A stretch of DNA of 64,000 nt, from the NCBI GenBank assembly GCA_965222375.1, contig CBDCTZ010000012.1, forward strand, positions 288,001 through 352,000, given 5' to 3'. This DNA comes from Polyangiaceae bacterium (lineage in GTDB: Bacteria; Myxococcota_A; Polyangia; Polyangiales; Polyangiaceae). The notes under the pieces were generated by a model, which was not told the DNA's origin, searched no databases, and was given only the letters and a program-made list of their open reading frames with translations. This document shows positions 38,239-48,304 of this stretch, in pieces. Position 1 is the stretch's first letter. Each line of letters opens with the position of its first letter. Position numbers and translations under genes: made by a program.

Positions 38239-39525
38239 TCATGGCGAGGAGCTCGCCGAGGGCGCTGGAGAGGGGCTGGGCGCATCCAATGCGGCGAGGG
38301 TGCGTCGCAGTCCACGGATCCCGTGGCAAGCGTCCCCGATCAGATCGAGATAGGTTTGCTCGCGCTGGGATCGGATCGAGTCCAGGCGCAGATAGACGCC
38401 TCCGGCATCGAGTTCCTTGACCACGTCCACGACGTCCGCTGCGGCTCGTAGGTTGAGCTGCCACAGCTTCTTGCCCCCCTCGCTGTCCGGGTTGATGTAA
38501 CCCAGACTGCGAGCGAGGGTCACGGTCTCTGCGAGGTGGCCGTAGAGCTTCAGGCGCTGGACTCGAAGCAGCAGGCCCTGACTGGGATGGGCCTTCAGCA
38601 ATTTGATCAGCGTGTGGCGTTCGGACTCATAGCGAAACAGCAAAACACCCAGTTGTTTCTTCACTCGCGCGCGGCGCTCGTCGTCCGCCTTTTCGTTTGT
38701 CGAAAGCACGGCCTGCACCAAATGCAAGCCGCCGCAGCTATGGCCGTAGATCCCGGTCTTCTTCGTTTTGGCTTCGCGGAGTGTGCTTCCGGATTCAAAT
38801 GCACTCTCCAGCGGTCCCGAATAATCGCTGACGATCTTGTGATCCGCCTCGAGGCGGTCCAGCGCTGCTGCGGCCAGAGCTTCCGTGGTCAGGCCACCCG
38901 CCGGAGCCGCAACCCCCAAGGCGTCCGCGGTATGCAGCGTGGATAGGGTCCACGCGGCGTGGTGCCAAGAGCTGTCCGCTTCGGGAAGCGCTGCGTCCCT
39001 TCGTGCGTGTTGAACCAAGGTGCGCAGGGAAACGGTCGCGCCTGTGGAAGTGGTCAGTTTCTCGTCGAGGTCGACATCACTCTCGAGCAGGGTCTTGACC
39101 AACATGTGGCGGTGAGGCTCGACCAAGCTCTCACCCTTGCGCGCTGGGAACAGCCACAGTTTTTTGCCGTCCACTTCGCGCTGTTCGGCGAAGCTCGCGA
39201 TCACGTCTACCGCGCGTTTTCCACTCTGGGTCTTGAAGCTCGGGCCGAAGGCCACGAGCCCATGCGCCAGTGCCCACGGATGTTTATCGTCTCCCGCGGG
39301 TGCCCGAACCTGGGCTTCGAGCAGGGCGATGGTCTTGACGATCTCGTCACGCGTGGCCTCCCTGGGGGTCGGTACGCTCGGAATCTGCGGCGCGCTGCCA
39401 GCCGGCGGTGCGGAAGCGGACGCCGCGGCGGGGGAACGAGCTCGGCGTACTTCCATGATGACGCCGGCAAGGGCGGCGCTGCCCACCAGCACGAGAATTC
39501 CCTTGCTCCGTTCCTTCACCGTCAA
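38239..39525 (-). CDS. Membrane-anchored hypothetical protein, predicted mostly helical
   Basis: 428-aa ORF, N-terminal TM helix, P/A linker, His/Cys motifs. Confidence 0.7.
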   Translation of the reverse strand: MTVKERSKGILVLVGSAALAGVIMEVRRARSPAAASASAPPAGSAPQIPSVPTPREATRDEIVKTIALLEAQVRAPAGDDKHPWALAHGLVAFGPSFKTQSGKRAVDVIASFAEQREVDGKKLWLFPARKGESLVEPHRHMLVKTLLESDVDLDEKLTTSTGATVSLRTLVQHARRDAALPEADSSWHHAAWTLSTLHTADALGVAAPAGGLTTEALAAAALDRLEADHKIVSDYSGPLESAFESGSTLREAKTKKTGIYGHSCGGLHLVQAVLSTNEKADDERRARVKKQLGVLLFRYESERHTLIKLLKAHPSQGLLLRVQRLKLYGHLAETVTLARSLGYINPDSEGGKKLWQLNLRAAADVVDVVKELDAGGVYLRLDSIRSQREQTYLDLIGDACHGIRGLRRTLAALDAPSPSPAPSASSSP

Positions 39526-39564
39526 AACCGTCTAGCACGGTCGGCGCGTGCTATCACCGCTCTC

Positions 39565-40305
39565 GTGTCCCGTAACGTACGCGTGGTTGTGGACGGGCTC
39601 CAGGCCGGTGAGCAGACGCTGGACGCGACGGCCTCACGCCATCTCGTACGCGTGCACCGGCTCAAAGCCGGCCAGCACTTCGTCGCGGTAGATCCGACGC
39701 CAGGACTGCAAGCGCGAGGCGAGGTGCTGTTCGCGCACGTGCGAAGCGCCCGGGTCGTCTTCGATGCGCCCCAAGCCATGCGCCCTCCGGAGCTTCCCGC
39801 CATCACTCTGGTTCAGGCGCTTGGCAAGGGCGACAAGGCCGACCAGATCGTGCGCGCTGCCACAACTCTGGGTGTGAGCCGCTTACTCTTCGTGCTGAGC
39901 GAGCGGAGCGTACCTCGGCCAGACAGCCAGACGAGGCGCAAGACGCGCTGGCGGACGATTGCGCAGCAGGCGGCTCGACAGTGCGTTCGCCCTGGCGTGC
40001 CGCAGATCGAAGGCCCGATCCCTTTTGCGCAGGGGCTGCATCGAGTCAGCGAGCCCCTTCGTCTGGCGCTGGACCCAACGGCACAACAGGTGTTGCTAGC
40101 CGAGGTGCAGCGGCACACGCCGCTCTCGGCATCCGCAGTCCTGATTGGACCTGAAGGAGGGCTGACCGATGCCGAACTAGAAGCGGCCGGTCACCACGGC
40201 TTTTCGCGGGTGCGCTTTGGTCCGTTCGTGCTGCGCACGGAAACGGCGGCTGTCGCAGTTCTGGGTGCGTTGCTGGCAGTCAGCGAGGGCCGGCCGGAGC
40301 CGTAG
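39565..40305 (+). CDS. rsmE: 16S rRNA m3U1498 methyltransferase
   Basis: HLVRVHRL, ATTLGV, AARQC, IGPEGG, FVLRTETAA; GTG 39565. Confidence 0.92.
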   Translation: MSRNVRVVVDGLQAGEQTLDATASRHLVRVHRLKAGQHFVAVDPTPGLQARGEVLFAHVRSARVVFDAPQAMRPPELPAITLVQALGKGDKADQIVRAATTLGVSRLLFVLSERSVPRPDSQTRRKTRWRTIAQQAARQCVRPGVPQIEGPIPFAQGLHRVSEPLRLALDPTAQQVLLAEVQRHTPLSASAVLIGPEGGLTDAELEAAGHHGFSRVRFGPFVLRTETAAVAVLGALLAVSEGRPEP

Positions 40306-40374
40306 GTAGCCACCTGCTTTGAGGTAGCGACAGTCGTGACGACGTCGTCGAGACAATGCTAGGCTGGCGCCCCT

Positions 40375-42435
40375 GTGAAACGCACAGTTCGACATCTACA
40401 CCGCGCTCTTTGCTCGGCGGCTTTGGGGCTGCTCTTGCTCGGTCGCGCGGGCGATGCAGAAGCTGCGCTCACGGATTCGGAGAAGCGCCAGATAGTCGGT
40501 TACGTGCGAGACGCAGAAGTGGCTCGCGCCCAGCGGGTGCGCGCGCTCATAGCGCGTCCGGACCTGACCCAAGAGGAGTCGTCGGCGCCGCTCTCCGCCG
40601 CCTACGGCCCGGTAGCCTTTGACAAAGCGCGGGAAGCCTTCTCGCTGGAGTTGCTCCACGGCAGCGGCTCCGAGCCGTCCCGGGGCGTTGTGGCGGAGGC
40701 GATCGTACACGGGCTGCTCGCTCGGGCGGACGCAGTGGTTGCCAAGCTGAGCGCGGCTCGAGGGCCCGCAATCAGCGACAGCGCGCGTCCAGCTGCGATT
40801 GAATTCACGCGGATACACTCGTTCGTAGCTTCGCATATCGCGAACGCGGGACAGCCACCAGCGGATGGCCACGACGCGAGCGTTGGTATTCGCGACGACA
40901 GCATGAAGCGGGCGTCGGGCGCCTATGTGAAACACTTCGAAAAACACGCCAGCTGGATGCGGCTGTCCAAGCCCGCCCGGGGCTACTGGTTGCGCGCTCG
41001 GGGCCAGGCGGCCATCACGCTGGCGTCGTTGGCTCGCGGTGTGGTGCCGAGGCACGAAGTGGCCGCCGCCCTTGGTCTGGATGGCGCGCGCCGCGCGGCC
41101 TTCGAGCGTCACGGCTTTATCCTCGACGACGCTGGCCTGACGGACCCAAAGCGCCGGGACTTGTTCGTGCGTTGGCTAGATGGCTGCCCTCGCGCAGCGG
41201 ACGGGTTGGATCTCGTGTTGCTGTCCAAGACACCCAGCTACGGATTGGCTGCACTGGGACGCGTGGTGCGAGTGGGTGTCGACCCGATGACCGAGCGACG
41301 CGTCGATGGGCTGTGGGCGGAGGATGTGCAGCCCGTCGGCATGGACGCCGCCACGAGCGAGTTGGCCTATTTGATGGCCTGGCAGGCGGTGCGGAGCGCC
41401 TTTGCGAAACGACCTGAACTTCGCAAGCAGGCGGAGCTGCTCGCGGGGCGTGCCGTGAAGGGGGGCGATCACTTTCTTCTCTCCCCAGAGCTGGGCGCTA
41501 GCGTGCTCGCATCTCCAGGCAGTACCGAGGCTGTGCTGCGTGGCGTGTCACCAGAGATGTTCTTGGCTCACGTCGTGCGCTTGGCCCTTTTGGATTTGCC
41601 CCGGGTGCGGAGCTTGGCGCTGGCGCGTTCCCTTCGTGGCAACACGGACGGTGTAGCTCAGCTACTGCTAGCCTTGTCCGCCCTCGCCCCTGGGACGGAC
41701 GCGAAGCAAAAGACCTGGGCCGGTGAAGCTCTCCAGAACGGTCGCGTTCGCGGCCTGGAGGTCGCGCTCCAGCTCGAGAAGGGCAACGTCAGCAGTTTCT
41801 CGGTAGGCAAGACCCGCGTCACGGCCAAGCTGCTCGGGGACGGGCGTGTAGACAAGATACTGCTCAATGGCAAGGCGCCGGCCCTGCCGGCACTGCCCTA
41901 CGCGCGGCTCGTTCCCGAGGCGACGGAGCGTTGGAAATTCGGCGCTCAAGTGCTGGAAAAGCTGAGCGGAGCGCCTCGTGGCCTGGTGGTGGGAGATGGC
42001 CGTTTCGTGCTCGCCGCAGCAAAAAAGAGCCAAGGCTTCGACGCCGTCGCTTTCGGCGCTGCGGCGGAAAACGCTGTCGTGAGCGCCAAGCTCTCGCCCA
42101 ATGGACCCGGTGGGGGGTTGCTGGTGCGAGCCCAAAAGGGCAGCGCCGGCTATGACGCGATCGGGCTGTTCGTGTCCGCTGAGCCCAAGGTGGCGCAGTT
42201 GGTCGTCGTGGGCGGTAGCGGCAAGGCCGTAGAACTCACCGGGCCCATCGCGTTGCCGTCCAAAGATACGAACTTCGACGTGCGCCTCGAGGTCAAGGGC
42301 AAGGAGGTGCGCGGGCGCGTGGGCCGACAGAAACTCAAGGCGACGCTCTCCCGGGGGGTTGGAAAAGGTCGCGCGGGAATAGCCGTACGCGTCGGTGGTC
42401 GCCTCGAGATACGGAAACTGTCCGTGAAGCGTTGA
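40375..42435 (+). CDS. Secreted hypothetical protein; C-terminus resembles a concanavalin-like (DUF1080-type) beta-sandwich
   Basis: Signal peptide (AEA-A); [27 protein letters not shown] pattern. Confidence 0.6.
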   Translation: MKRTVRHLHRALCSAALGLLLLGRAGDAEAALTDSEKRQIVGYVRDAEVARAQRVRALIARPDLTQEESSAPLSAAYGPVAFDKAREAFSLELLHGSGSEPSRGVVAEAIVHGLLARADAVVAKLSAARGPAISDSARPAAIEFTRIHSFVASHIANAGQPPADGHDASVGIRDDSMKRASGAYVKHFEKHASWMRLSKPARGYWLRARGQAAITLASLARGVVPRHEVAAALGLDGARRAAFERHGFILDDAGLTDPKRRDLFVRWLDGCPRAADGLDLVLLSKTPSYGLAALGRVVRVGVDPMTERRVDGLWAEDVQPVGMDAATSELAYLMAWQAVRSAFAKRPELRKQAELLAGRAVKGGDHFLLSPELGASVLASPGSTEAVLRGVSPEMFLAHVVRLALLDLPRVRSLALARSLRGNTDGVAQLLLALSALAPGTDAKQKTWAGEALQNGRVRGLEVALQLEKGNVSSFSVGKTRVTAKLLGDGRVDKILLNGKAPALPALPYARLVPEATERWKFGAQVLEKLSGAPRGLVVGDGRFVLAAAKKSQGFDAVAFGAAAENAVVSAKLSPNGPGGGLLVRAQKGSAGYDAIGLFVSAEPKVAQLVVVGGSGKAVELTGPIALPSKDTNFDVRLEVKGKEVRGRVGRQKLKATLSRGVGKGRAGIAVRVGGRLEIRKLSVKR

Positions 42436-42442
42436 GGACGGG

Positions 42443-42862
42443 ATGCAGGAACACCCAAACCAGGGAACGGTTCGAGTACTTGTCGCCAAGCCAGGTCTGG
42501 ACGGGCATGACCGCGGCGCCAAGGTGGTGGCGCGCGCGCTGCGGGATGCCGGGTTCGAAGTCGTCTACACAGGCCTGCACCAAACGCCGGAGATGATCGC
42601 AACGGCCGCAGTTCAAGAAGATGTCGACGCAGTGGGGCTTTCCATCATGAGCGGGGCCCACAACACGCTGTTTCCAGCGGTCATCGATGCGCTGAAGCAA
42701 CATGGTGGCGACGACATCCTCGTGTTCGGCGGAGGCATCGTCCCGGACGAGGACATGCCTCGACTGGAGGCCGCCGGGGTGAAGAAGGTGTTCAAGCCTG
42801 GCACCACTCTCGCGGAAATCGTCGACTGGGTGCGGCAGAACGTGTCCGCCAAGGGTCTCTAG
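42443..42862 (+). CDS. Stand-alone cobalamin-binding subunit of a methylmalonyl-CoA mutase-family enzyme
   Basis: [28 protein letters not shown]. Confidence 0.93.
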   Translation: MQEHPNQGTVRVLVAKPGLDGHDRGAKVVARALRDAGFEVVYTGLHQTPEMIATAAVQEDVDAVGLSIMSGAHNTLFPAVIDALKQHGGDDILVFGGGIVPDEDMPRLEAAGVKKVFKPGTTLAEIVDWVRQNVSAKGL

Positions 42863-43019
42863 CTTATCCGATTATCCGGATGCTCGGATGTTCTCGGTCT
42901 CGAAGGAGGGCGCCGCAATGTTTTTCCCGCCTTGCATTGTTTGCGTAGCCCCCCAGTTTCGCGCAGCCGATGCGGCCCAAAACCCCCAGGAAATGACGGC
43001 ATTGGGCTGCGCAGGAGCT

Positions 43020-43035
43020 GGGCACGGCTCCTGCT
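43020..43035 (+). promoter_or_regulatory. Putative sigma54 -24/-12 promoter
   Basis: gGGCACGGCTCCTGCT, GG-N10-GC, about 75 nt before ATG 43110. Confidence 0.65.
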
Positions 43036-43109
43036 ATGCTGCTGCTAGATGATTGGGCTTTGGAGCGCGTTGCGCACGGCAGCCGACGGACGGCACCTTG
43101 GGAGGCGCG

Positions 43110-45779
43110 ATGCGGCTCAGAACTGAGCGGACCCGATTCTGGACCTGGGCACGACTGACGCTGGGCGCCGCCGTCAGCGGTCTGGTTCTTCTGCCCATTG
43201 CCTGCTCGGAGGATGACCGAGCTCCGCCCGCAAGCTCTAGCACTGGTGGGGTGGGCAACGCGCCAAGCGTCGGGCCGTGCACGGCAGGAGCCAGTCAGAA
43301 ATGCGGTGTCACTTTGGGTGAGCACAACGGCGTACTCAGCTGCTACGTCGGTACTCAGTACTGCGAAGAGGGGGTCTGGGGTCAGTGCACGGGTGGCGAA
43401 GTCGTCAACAAGCCGTCCAGCAAGTCCAAGAACGCCCCGGGTTCGAAGACTCGTGCCCTCGGGCCACCGACACCGTGCACCAACAACCCCTGCGATCCGT
43501 ATTGTCAGAACTACGACGAGCCAGTGCCGGACGGCGGAGTGGGGCCCGATGCGGATCAGAGTTTCCTTTGGCCCACAGGCGGTCTCGGAGACTTGCCGGG
43601 CGGGTCGGTCAACAAGGCACTCAAGGAGCCATGCTTCTCGGCATTGGACTGTCAGCTAAACAACTATTGCAAGGAACCGAAGACCGGTACTTCCTGCGCG
43701 CACAGCAAGTGTGAGACCGGTACCGGGCTGGATGCGACTTGCGATACCTGCGTCGGGATGATCTGCGCCGCGGACCCAACTTGCTGTCCGCCGACGTTCG
43801 ACCCCAGTTGCGACCACGACCCTTGTCTGACCGGCACTTACCTCAAGGCTGCTTGTGACCCGTGCGTCGCGCAGATCTGCGCGGCGCCTGGGCTTGCGTA
43901 TTGCTGCACCGTCGGTGCGCCCTGGGATGCAGCTTGTCAGGCTGCGGTTTCATCAGTTTGTGGATTGAACTGCGGCGCCACGTGGAGTCAGTCCTGCGTC
44001 AACCAGGTCAAATCCGTCTGCGACGCCCAATGCGGCACCGGCGCACCACCGCCCGAGTCCGCCCAATGCGAACCCTGGCTGCCGGGTGAGACGGATCCGA
44101 CCTGTGCCGGCGTCGACCTTTCCGGCGGCATTCCGTGCGGCACGACGATTCCTGTGTGCAATCACGGCAACACAGCCGCGCCGGCCGGCATCCGCATCAT
44201 TCACTTCCCTGAAAGCGCCAATCAGTTCGCGTCAACCACACCGGATCAAACCGACCTGCAGATGTTGGAGTGTCTGACCAATGCGCCCATCCCGCCAGGC
44301 CAGTGCGTCAGTTTCGATTGCCCGAATCTCGGCAACACCGGCAACCGAGACGTGATGATCAACCCACCGCCCGGCAACGGCCTTAGTCAGAGCCCCGAGT
44401 GCTCCTACCTGGACAACTGGACTATTTACGCGCCCGGAACTGCATGCGGCGTACCTTCCTGCGCCGGCGGCTCCGAGCTTGTGCATTTCGAACCCGTCAT
44501 CATGTACGTCCAGATCGACAAGTCTGGGTCCATGGGCGGCACGAAGTGGGATGGAACCATCAATGCCATGACGGCGTTCTTCCAGAGCCCAGGTGCGGCG
44601 GGTCTTGGTGCGGCCCTCGAGTTCTTTCCGTTGCCCGTTGGCGTGACGGCAGGCGACGGCTGTGGCGATGCCAGCTGTGTGGGAGGCAATTGCGCCATTC
44701 CACCCTGCGCCAACCCCATGGTGCCCGCGGGCTTCCTGACGGCGGCAGTCGGGGAACCCCAAGAGCTGGCGCTGGTGGCTGGACTCAATAGTCAAGCTCC
44801 GGGCGGCGGCACGCCAACCTACCCAGCCCTTGCTGGTGCGCTGAGTTGGGCCACCACGCAACAGGCCGCGGACCCTGACTCCAATTACATCGCTGTCCTG
44901 ATCACGGACGGTGATGCCACCCAGTGCACGACTGACACCGCGAGCCTGTCCGCATTGGCGCAGAACGCCTTCAACAATAGTGGCGTCCGCACCTACACCA
45001 TCGGCATGGACGGCGCGAACATCACGGCATTGGACTCCATCGCGGCGGCCGGCGGAACGACTCAGGCTATTGTGATTCAGGGCACCAATCAGAACAACAT
45101 CGAAGCGCAGCTGGTTTCCACGTTCCAGGGGATCGCTTCTTCCAACATCAGCTGTACGTTCCCGCTGCCCTCGTCCGGGAACTTCGACCCCAACAACGTG
45201 ACTATGGTGCGCACTTCCAGCACGAACGTGCAGACTACGGTGCCCCAGGTCACGAATGCGGCTGCGTGCGTCGGAGATGGTTGGTATTTCGACGACAACT
45301 TGAATCCGACCGCGATCACCCTGTGCACCACGAGCTGCACCGCGGTGCAGACGGATCCGGGCGCTAGCATTGGACTTTCGGTGGGCTGCCCTCAGGTGTT
45401 CCTGCCCACGACGATGCGCCAGGTCTACGAGGCCCAATGTCCTGCGGGCACCAAGCCCCAATGGGGCTTCATGTCCTACGACACGACTACGCCATCCACC
45501 GCCACGGTGCAGTTCAACGCGCGCACTGCAACCACTCAGGCTGGTCTTTCCGCAGCGGGATTCACTTCCCTTGCTACGGCGCAGGCAAGCCCGGATACTC
45601 AGGTTTGCCCGCTGGCCGGCCCGGCGCCCTGCCCACTGGATCTGTACACGCTGCTCGGAACGCCGGATGCTAGGTACCCATGGCTCGAACTCGAGGCGAT
45701 TCTCACTCCAAGTCCAAGTACCGCGGCGCCCATCTTGAACGATTGGCAGATCACATATTCCTGTCCGCCCGCCGAGTGA
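43110..45779 (+). CDS. Cys-rich vWA-domain lipoprotein
   Basis: GGAGG RBS + ATG 43110; lipobox PIAC; complete MIDAS IDKSGSM / GGTPT / LITDG; Cys-rich modules. Confidence 0.85.
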   Translation: MRLRTERTRFWTWARLTLGAAVSGLVLLPIACSEDDRAPPASSSTGGVGNAPSVGPCTAGASQKCGVTLGEHNGVLSCYVGTQYCEEGVWGQCTGGEVVNKPSSKSKNAPGSKTRALGPPTPCTNNPCDPYCQNYDEPVPDGGVGPDADQSFLWPTGGLGDLPGGSVNKALKEPCFSALDCQLNNYCKEPKTGTSCAHSKCETGTGLDATCDTCVGMICAADPTCCPPTFDPSCDHDPCLTGTYLKAACDPCVAQICAAPGLAYCCTVGAPWDAACQAAVSSVCGLNCGATWSQSCVNQVKSVCDAQCGTGAPPPESAQCEPWLPGETDPTCAGVDLSGGIPCGTTIPVCNHGNTAAPAGIRIIHFPESANQFASTTPDQTDLQMLECLTNAPIPPGQCVSFDCPNLGNTGNRDVMINPPPGNGLSQSPECSYLDNWTIYAPGTACGVPSCAGGSELVHFEPVIMYVQIDKSGSMGGTKWDGTINAMTAFFQSPGAAGLGAALEFFPLPVGVTAGDGCGDASCVGGNCAIPPCANPMVPAGFLTAAVGEPQELALVAGLNSQAPGGGTPTYPALAGALSWATTQQAADPDSNYIAVLITDGDATQCTTDTASLSALAQNAFNNSGVRTYTIGMDGANITALDSIAAAGGTTQAIVIQGTNQNNIEAQLVSTFQGIASSNISCTFPLPSSGNFDPNNVTMVRTSSTNVQTTVPQVTNAAACVGDGWYFDDNLNPTAITLCTTSCTAVQTDPGASIGLSVGCPQVFLPTTMRQVYEAQCPAGTKPQWGFMSYDTTTPSTATVQFNARTATTQAGLSAAGFTSLATAQASPDTQVCPLAGPAPCPLDLYTLLGTPDARYPWLELEAILTPSPSTAAPILNDWQITYSCPPAE

Positions 45780-47140
45780 TGCCGCAGCGCCATCCATTGC
45801 TCATCAGGGTAGGAGCACTGAGTGCGGCGCTCGCTCTAGCTGCATCTGCGTGTGGGGGAGGCGACGACCGACCTGCTCCCGCGGCGGGGGGCGGCACCGG
45901 CACCGGAGCGACCGGTGGTTCCGGAGGTGGAAGCGGAGGCAGTGGTGGGAGCGCAGGCAGCGGTGGGAGCGCAGGCGGCGCCGCGGGTGCTAGCGGCGCC
46001 GGAGCCGACGCAGGCGGCGCGAGTGGCGGTGATGCCGGCGGAGCGGGCGGGGCGACCGGTGGCACGGGTGGTGCCTCAGGCGTGTGCGGCAACACCATCC
46101 GCGAAGGCAATGAGGAGTGCGACGGAGGCGATCTCGGCGGGATCCAGTGCTTCCAACTCGGTTTCGAAGGTGGCGCTTTGAAATGCATGCCTACGGGATG
46201 CAAGTTCGACAAGTCCGGCTGCTTCGGGACCGAGAACTGCTACGACGGCAAGGACAACGACGGTGACGGCAACGCAGATTGCGCGGATTCGGACTGCAGC
46301 GCTGCTTGCGCTGCCAGCAGCTGCAGCGCGCCCGTGAACCTGGCGGATCCCTCCACCATCAACGGCGATACCACGGGACACGCGTCGACTCTCGAGTCCT
46401 CCTGCGCCACGGGAACCGGTGGGGCCGAGATTCTGTATGAGGTCACGGCGAAGAACGCCGGCGTGTTCGAAGTGGCACTGACGCCCAAAGCGGCGCTCAC
46501 CCTTTCTGTTCGGACGACCTGTCTGTCAGCGGCCTCGGAGTTGGGCTGTAGTATCGGCGGCCGGATCAAGGTGCCGTCCACGGCAGGCCAGAAGTTCTTC
46601 GTACTCGTGGACGGTAACGATGCGGCCACTAGCGGTGGCTTCACGATCGACGCCGAGAGCCGAGGCATCGCTTGTGGCGACGCCCATCGTGACGGCACGG
46701 AAGAGTGCGACGACGGGGGCAAGACGTCCGGAGATGGCTGCAGCGCAACCTGCAAGCTGGAGAGTGACGAAACCGAGCCCAACGCCACCAGCGCGCAAGC
46801 CAGTGGCTACGTGGTGGACTACGCAGCGGCCATCACCCCAGCGGGGGATGTTGACGTCATCAAGTTCACGATGCCTTCGGGCAAGACCGGCATGACCGTA
46901 GATACCTTCGACTTTGGCGATGGCGCCTGTTCCAAGGGCGAACTGGATAGCTTCCTGGAGATCTTGGGGACCGACGGCAGCAGCGTGCTCGCTTCGGATG
47001 ACGATGGCGGCCAAGGAGCCTGCGCCAAAGCGACCGCCACGGGTCTTTCTCCGGGCTCCGTCTACTTCATTCGAGTGACCGCCTCGAGCTTCGGCGCTGT
47101 TAAGACTTTCCCGTACCGCTTGGCCATTCAGACGAACTGA
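45779..47140 (+). CDS. Lipoprotein with Gly linker, myxobacterial Cys-rich repeats (DUF4215-like) and PPC-like domains
   Basis: TGATG overlap; lipobox ASAC; CGNTIREGNEECDG, DGKDNDGDGNADCADSDC, EECDDGGKTSGDGCSATC, LASDDDGG. Confidence 0.82.
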   Translation: MPQRHPLLIRVGALSAALALAASACGGGDDRPAPAAGGGTGTGATGGSGGGSGGSGGSAGSGGSAGGAAGASGAGADAGGASGGDAGGAGGATGGTGGASGVCGNTIREGNEECDGGDLGGIQCFQLGFEGGALKCMPTGCKFDKSGCFGTENCYDGKDNDGDGNADCADSDCSAACAASSCSAPVNLADPSTINGDTTGHASTLESSCATGTGGAEILYEVTAKNAGVFEVALTPKAALTLSVRTTCLSAASELGCSIGGRIKVPSTAGQKFFVLVDGNDAATSGGFTIDAESRGIACGDAHRDGTEECDDGGKTSGDGCSATCKLESDETEPNATSAQASGYVVDYAAAITPAGDVDVIKFTMPSGKTGMTVDTFDFGDGACSKGELDSFLEILGTDGSSVLASDDDGGQGACAKATATGLSPGSVYFIRVTASSFGAVKTFPYRLAIQTN

Positions 47141-47314
47141 GCCGGCGCAGGGAAACGCTTCGATAAGAGGGTTTGGGGAATGGCGCGCTCTGCGCGTCAT
47201 CGACAGTTCATCGCGGACCGCCCGGGTGCGAGCCGCGGGCGGCCGCGGGCGAGAGGCCTAGCGACGTCGGAGCCATCAGGGCCCAGAACAGCTCTGTTGC
47301 TATCCCAAAAAAGC

Positions 47315-47509
47315 TCAGGCGGCCCGGCGGCGGCTCGCGGGCTGCGCGCGGGGCGGCCGAGGCAGCGGCGTGACCGAGGGGTAGCGCGTGCCGGTTTCGA
47401 CACGCTGCCGGGTCGGGAGCTTTGCCGCACTGCGTCGCGGCTGCAGGCGCACGGTTCCGAGGAACAACAGAGTGGCGGCGAGGGCGGGGAGGGCGGCGAG
47501 GAAGAGCAT
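47315..47509 (-). CDS. Putative small membrane protein (64 aa)
   Basis: MLFLAALPALAATLLFLGTV hydrophobic N-terminus and basic tail; sigma54-like motif just upstream. Confidence 0.45.
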   Translation of the reverse strand: MLFLAALPALAATLLFLGTVRLQPRRSAAKLPTRQRVETGTRYPSVTPLPRPPRAQPASRRRAA

Positions 47510-47526
47510 GGGGTTGTTCTGGGTTG

Positions 47527-47542
47527 AGCAAGGCATGTGCCC
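47527..47542 (-). promoter_or_regulatory. Putative sigma54 -24/-12 promoter
   Basis: Minus strand gGGCACATGCCTTGCT, GG-N10-GC. Confidence 0.55.
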
Positions 47543-47763
47543 CGCTCCGGAGGCGAGACTCTAGGGAAAAGCTGAGGTTTTGGGCAACCCCTGGGTTTGG
47601 CGAGACACCCGGGCGTGGGCTGCTGGACACGAACCCTGGGGCGGTTTGAACCCAGCATCGGCACAGGTTGTCCACAGGCTCACAGTTACTGAACGCATAA
47701 GCATGTGGGGGCTAGGTCGCTCTCAGGTGCTTGGAATTATTGAGAAAGAGGTCTGCCGACTTG

Positions 47764-47830
47764 TTGACAGGTTGGGTCCTGGCCCTCTAGTTTCGCCTAG
47801 GTCAGTGGGAGAAAGTGGGGCGAAGTGTCG
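47764..47830 (+). promoter_or_regulatory. dcw promoter with MraZ-type direct repeats
   Basis: TTGACA 47764-69 and TAGTTT 47788-93; AGTGG/AGTGG/AGTGT at 47804, 47814, 47824 (10-bp period). Confidence 0.7.
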
Positions 47831-47854
47831 CTCTAACCCAACTGGTGGCAAGAG

Positions 47855-48304
47855 ATGTTTCGCGGTCAATTCACCCACTCAATCGACACGAAAGGACGCG
47901 TCAGTCTTCCAGCGCGTTTTCGTGACGCGTTGGTGGTGGATGGAGACGCGCGCTTCATCCTGACGCCGGCCCTCTTCGACCCGTGTCTGCACCTGCACCC
48001 CATGCGGGCGTGGCAAGCATTGGAAGACAAGGTCAGCGAGCTGCCCAGTTTCGATCCGAACATCGTTCGCTTCCGCCGCTTGTACATCTCCGCGGCGATC
48101 GAGTGCGAACTCGACAAAGCGGGACGGGTGCTCGTGCCGCCGGCGCTGCGCGAGCGCGCACACGTGAACAAGGATGTGCTCTGGGCGGGCATGGGTCGCA
48201 CCGTCGAACTCTGGGCGAAGGAACGCTGGGAGGCAGAACTCTCGATGTCGCCGGAGGAGGAACAGGACTTCAGGCGCGCCGTGATGGAGCAGATCAGGAT
48301 ATGA
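47855..48304 (+). CDS. mraZ: Division/cell-wall cluster repressor MraZ
   Basis: MFRGQFTHSIDTKGRVSLPARFR, ELDKAGRVLVP. Confidence 0.97.
   Translation: MFRGQFTHSIDTKGRVSLPARFRDALVVDGDARFILTPALFDPCLHLHPMRAWQALEDKVSELPSFDPNIVRFRRLYISAAIECELDKAGRVLVPPALRERAHVNKDVLWAGMGRTVELWAKERWEAELSMSPEEEQDFRRAVMEQIRI

Noticed and set aside
22439..45797. Long opposite-strand ORFs (22439..24100, 24914..26806, 32197..33792, 34902..36386, 44232..45797)
   Set aside because: Antisense shadows of real high-GC genes with no recognisable motifs.
47668..47676. DnaA box / oriC upstream of mraZ (TTGTCCACA)
   Set aside because: Single one-mismatch box with no cluster or AT-rich unwinding region; at most a regulatory site.
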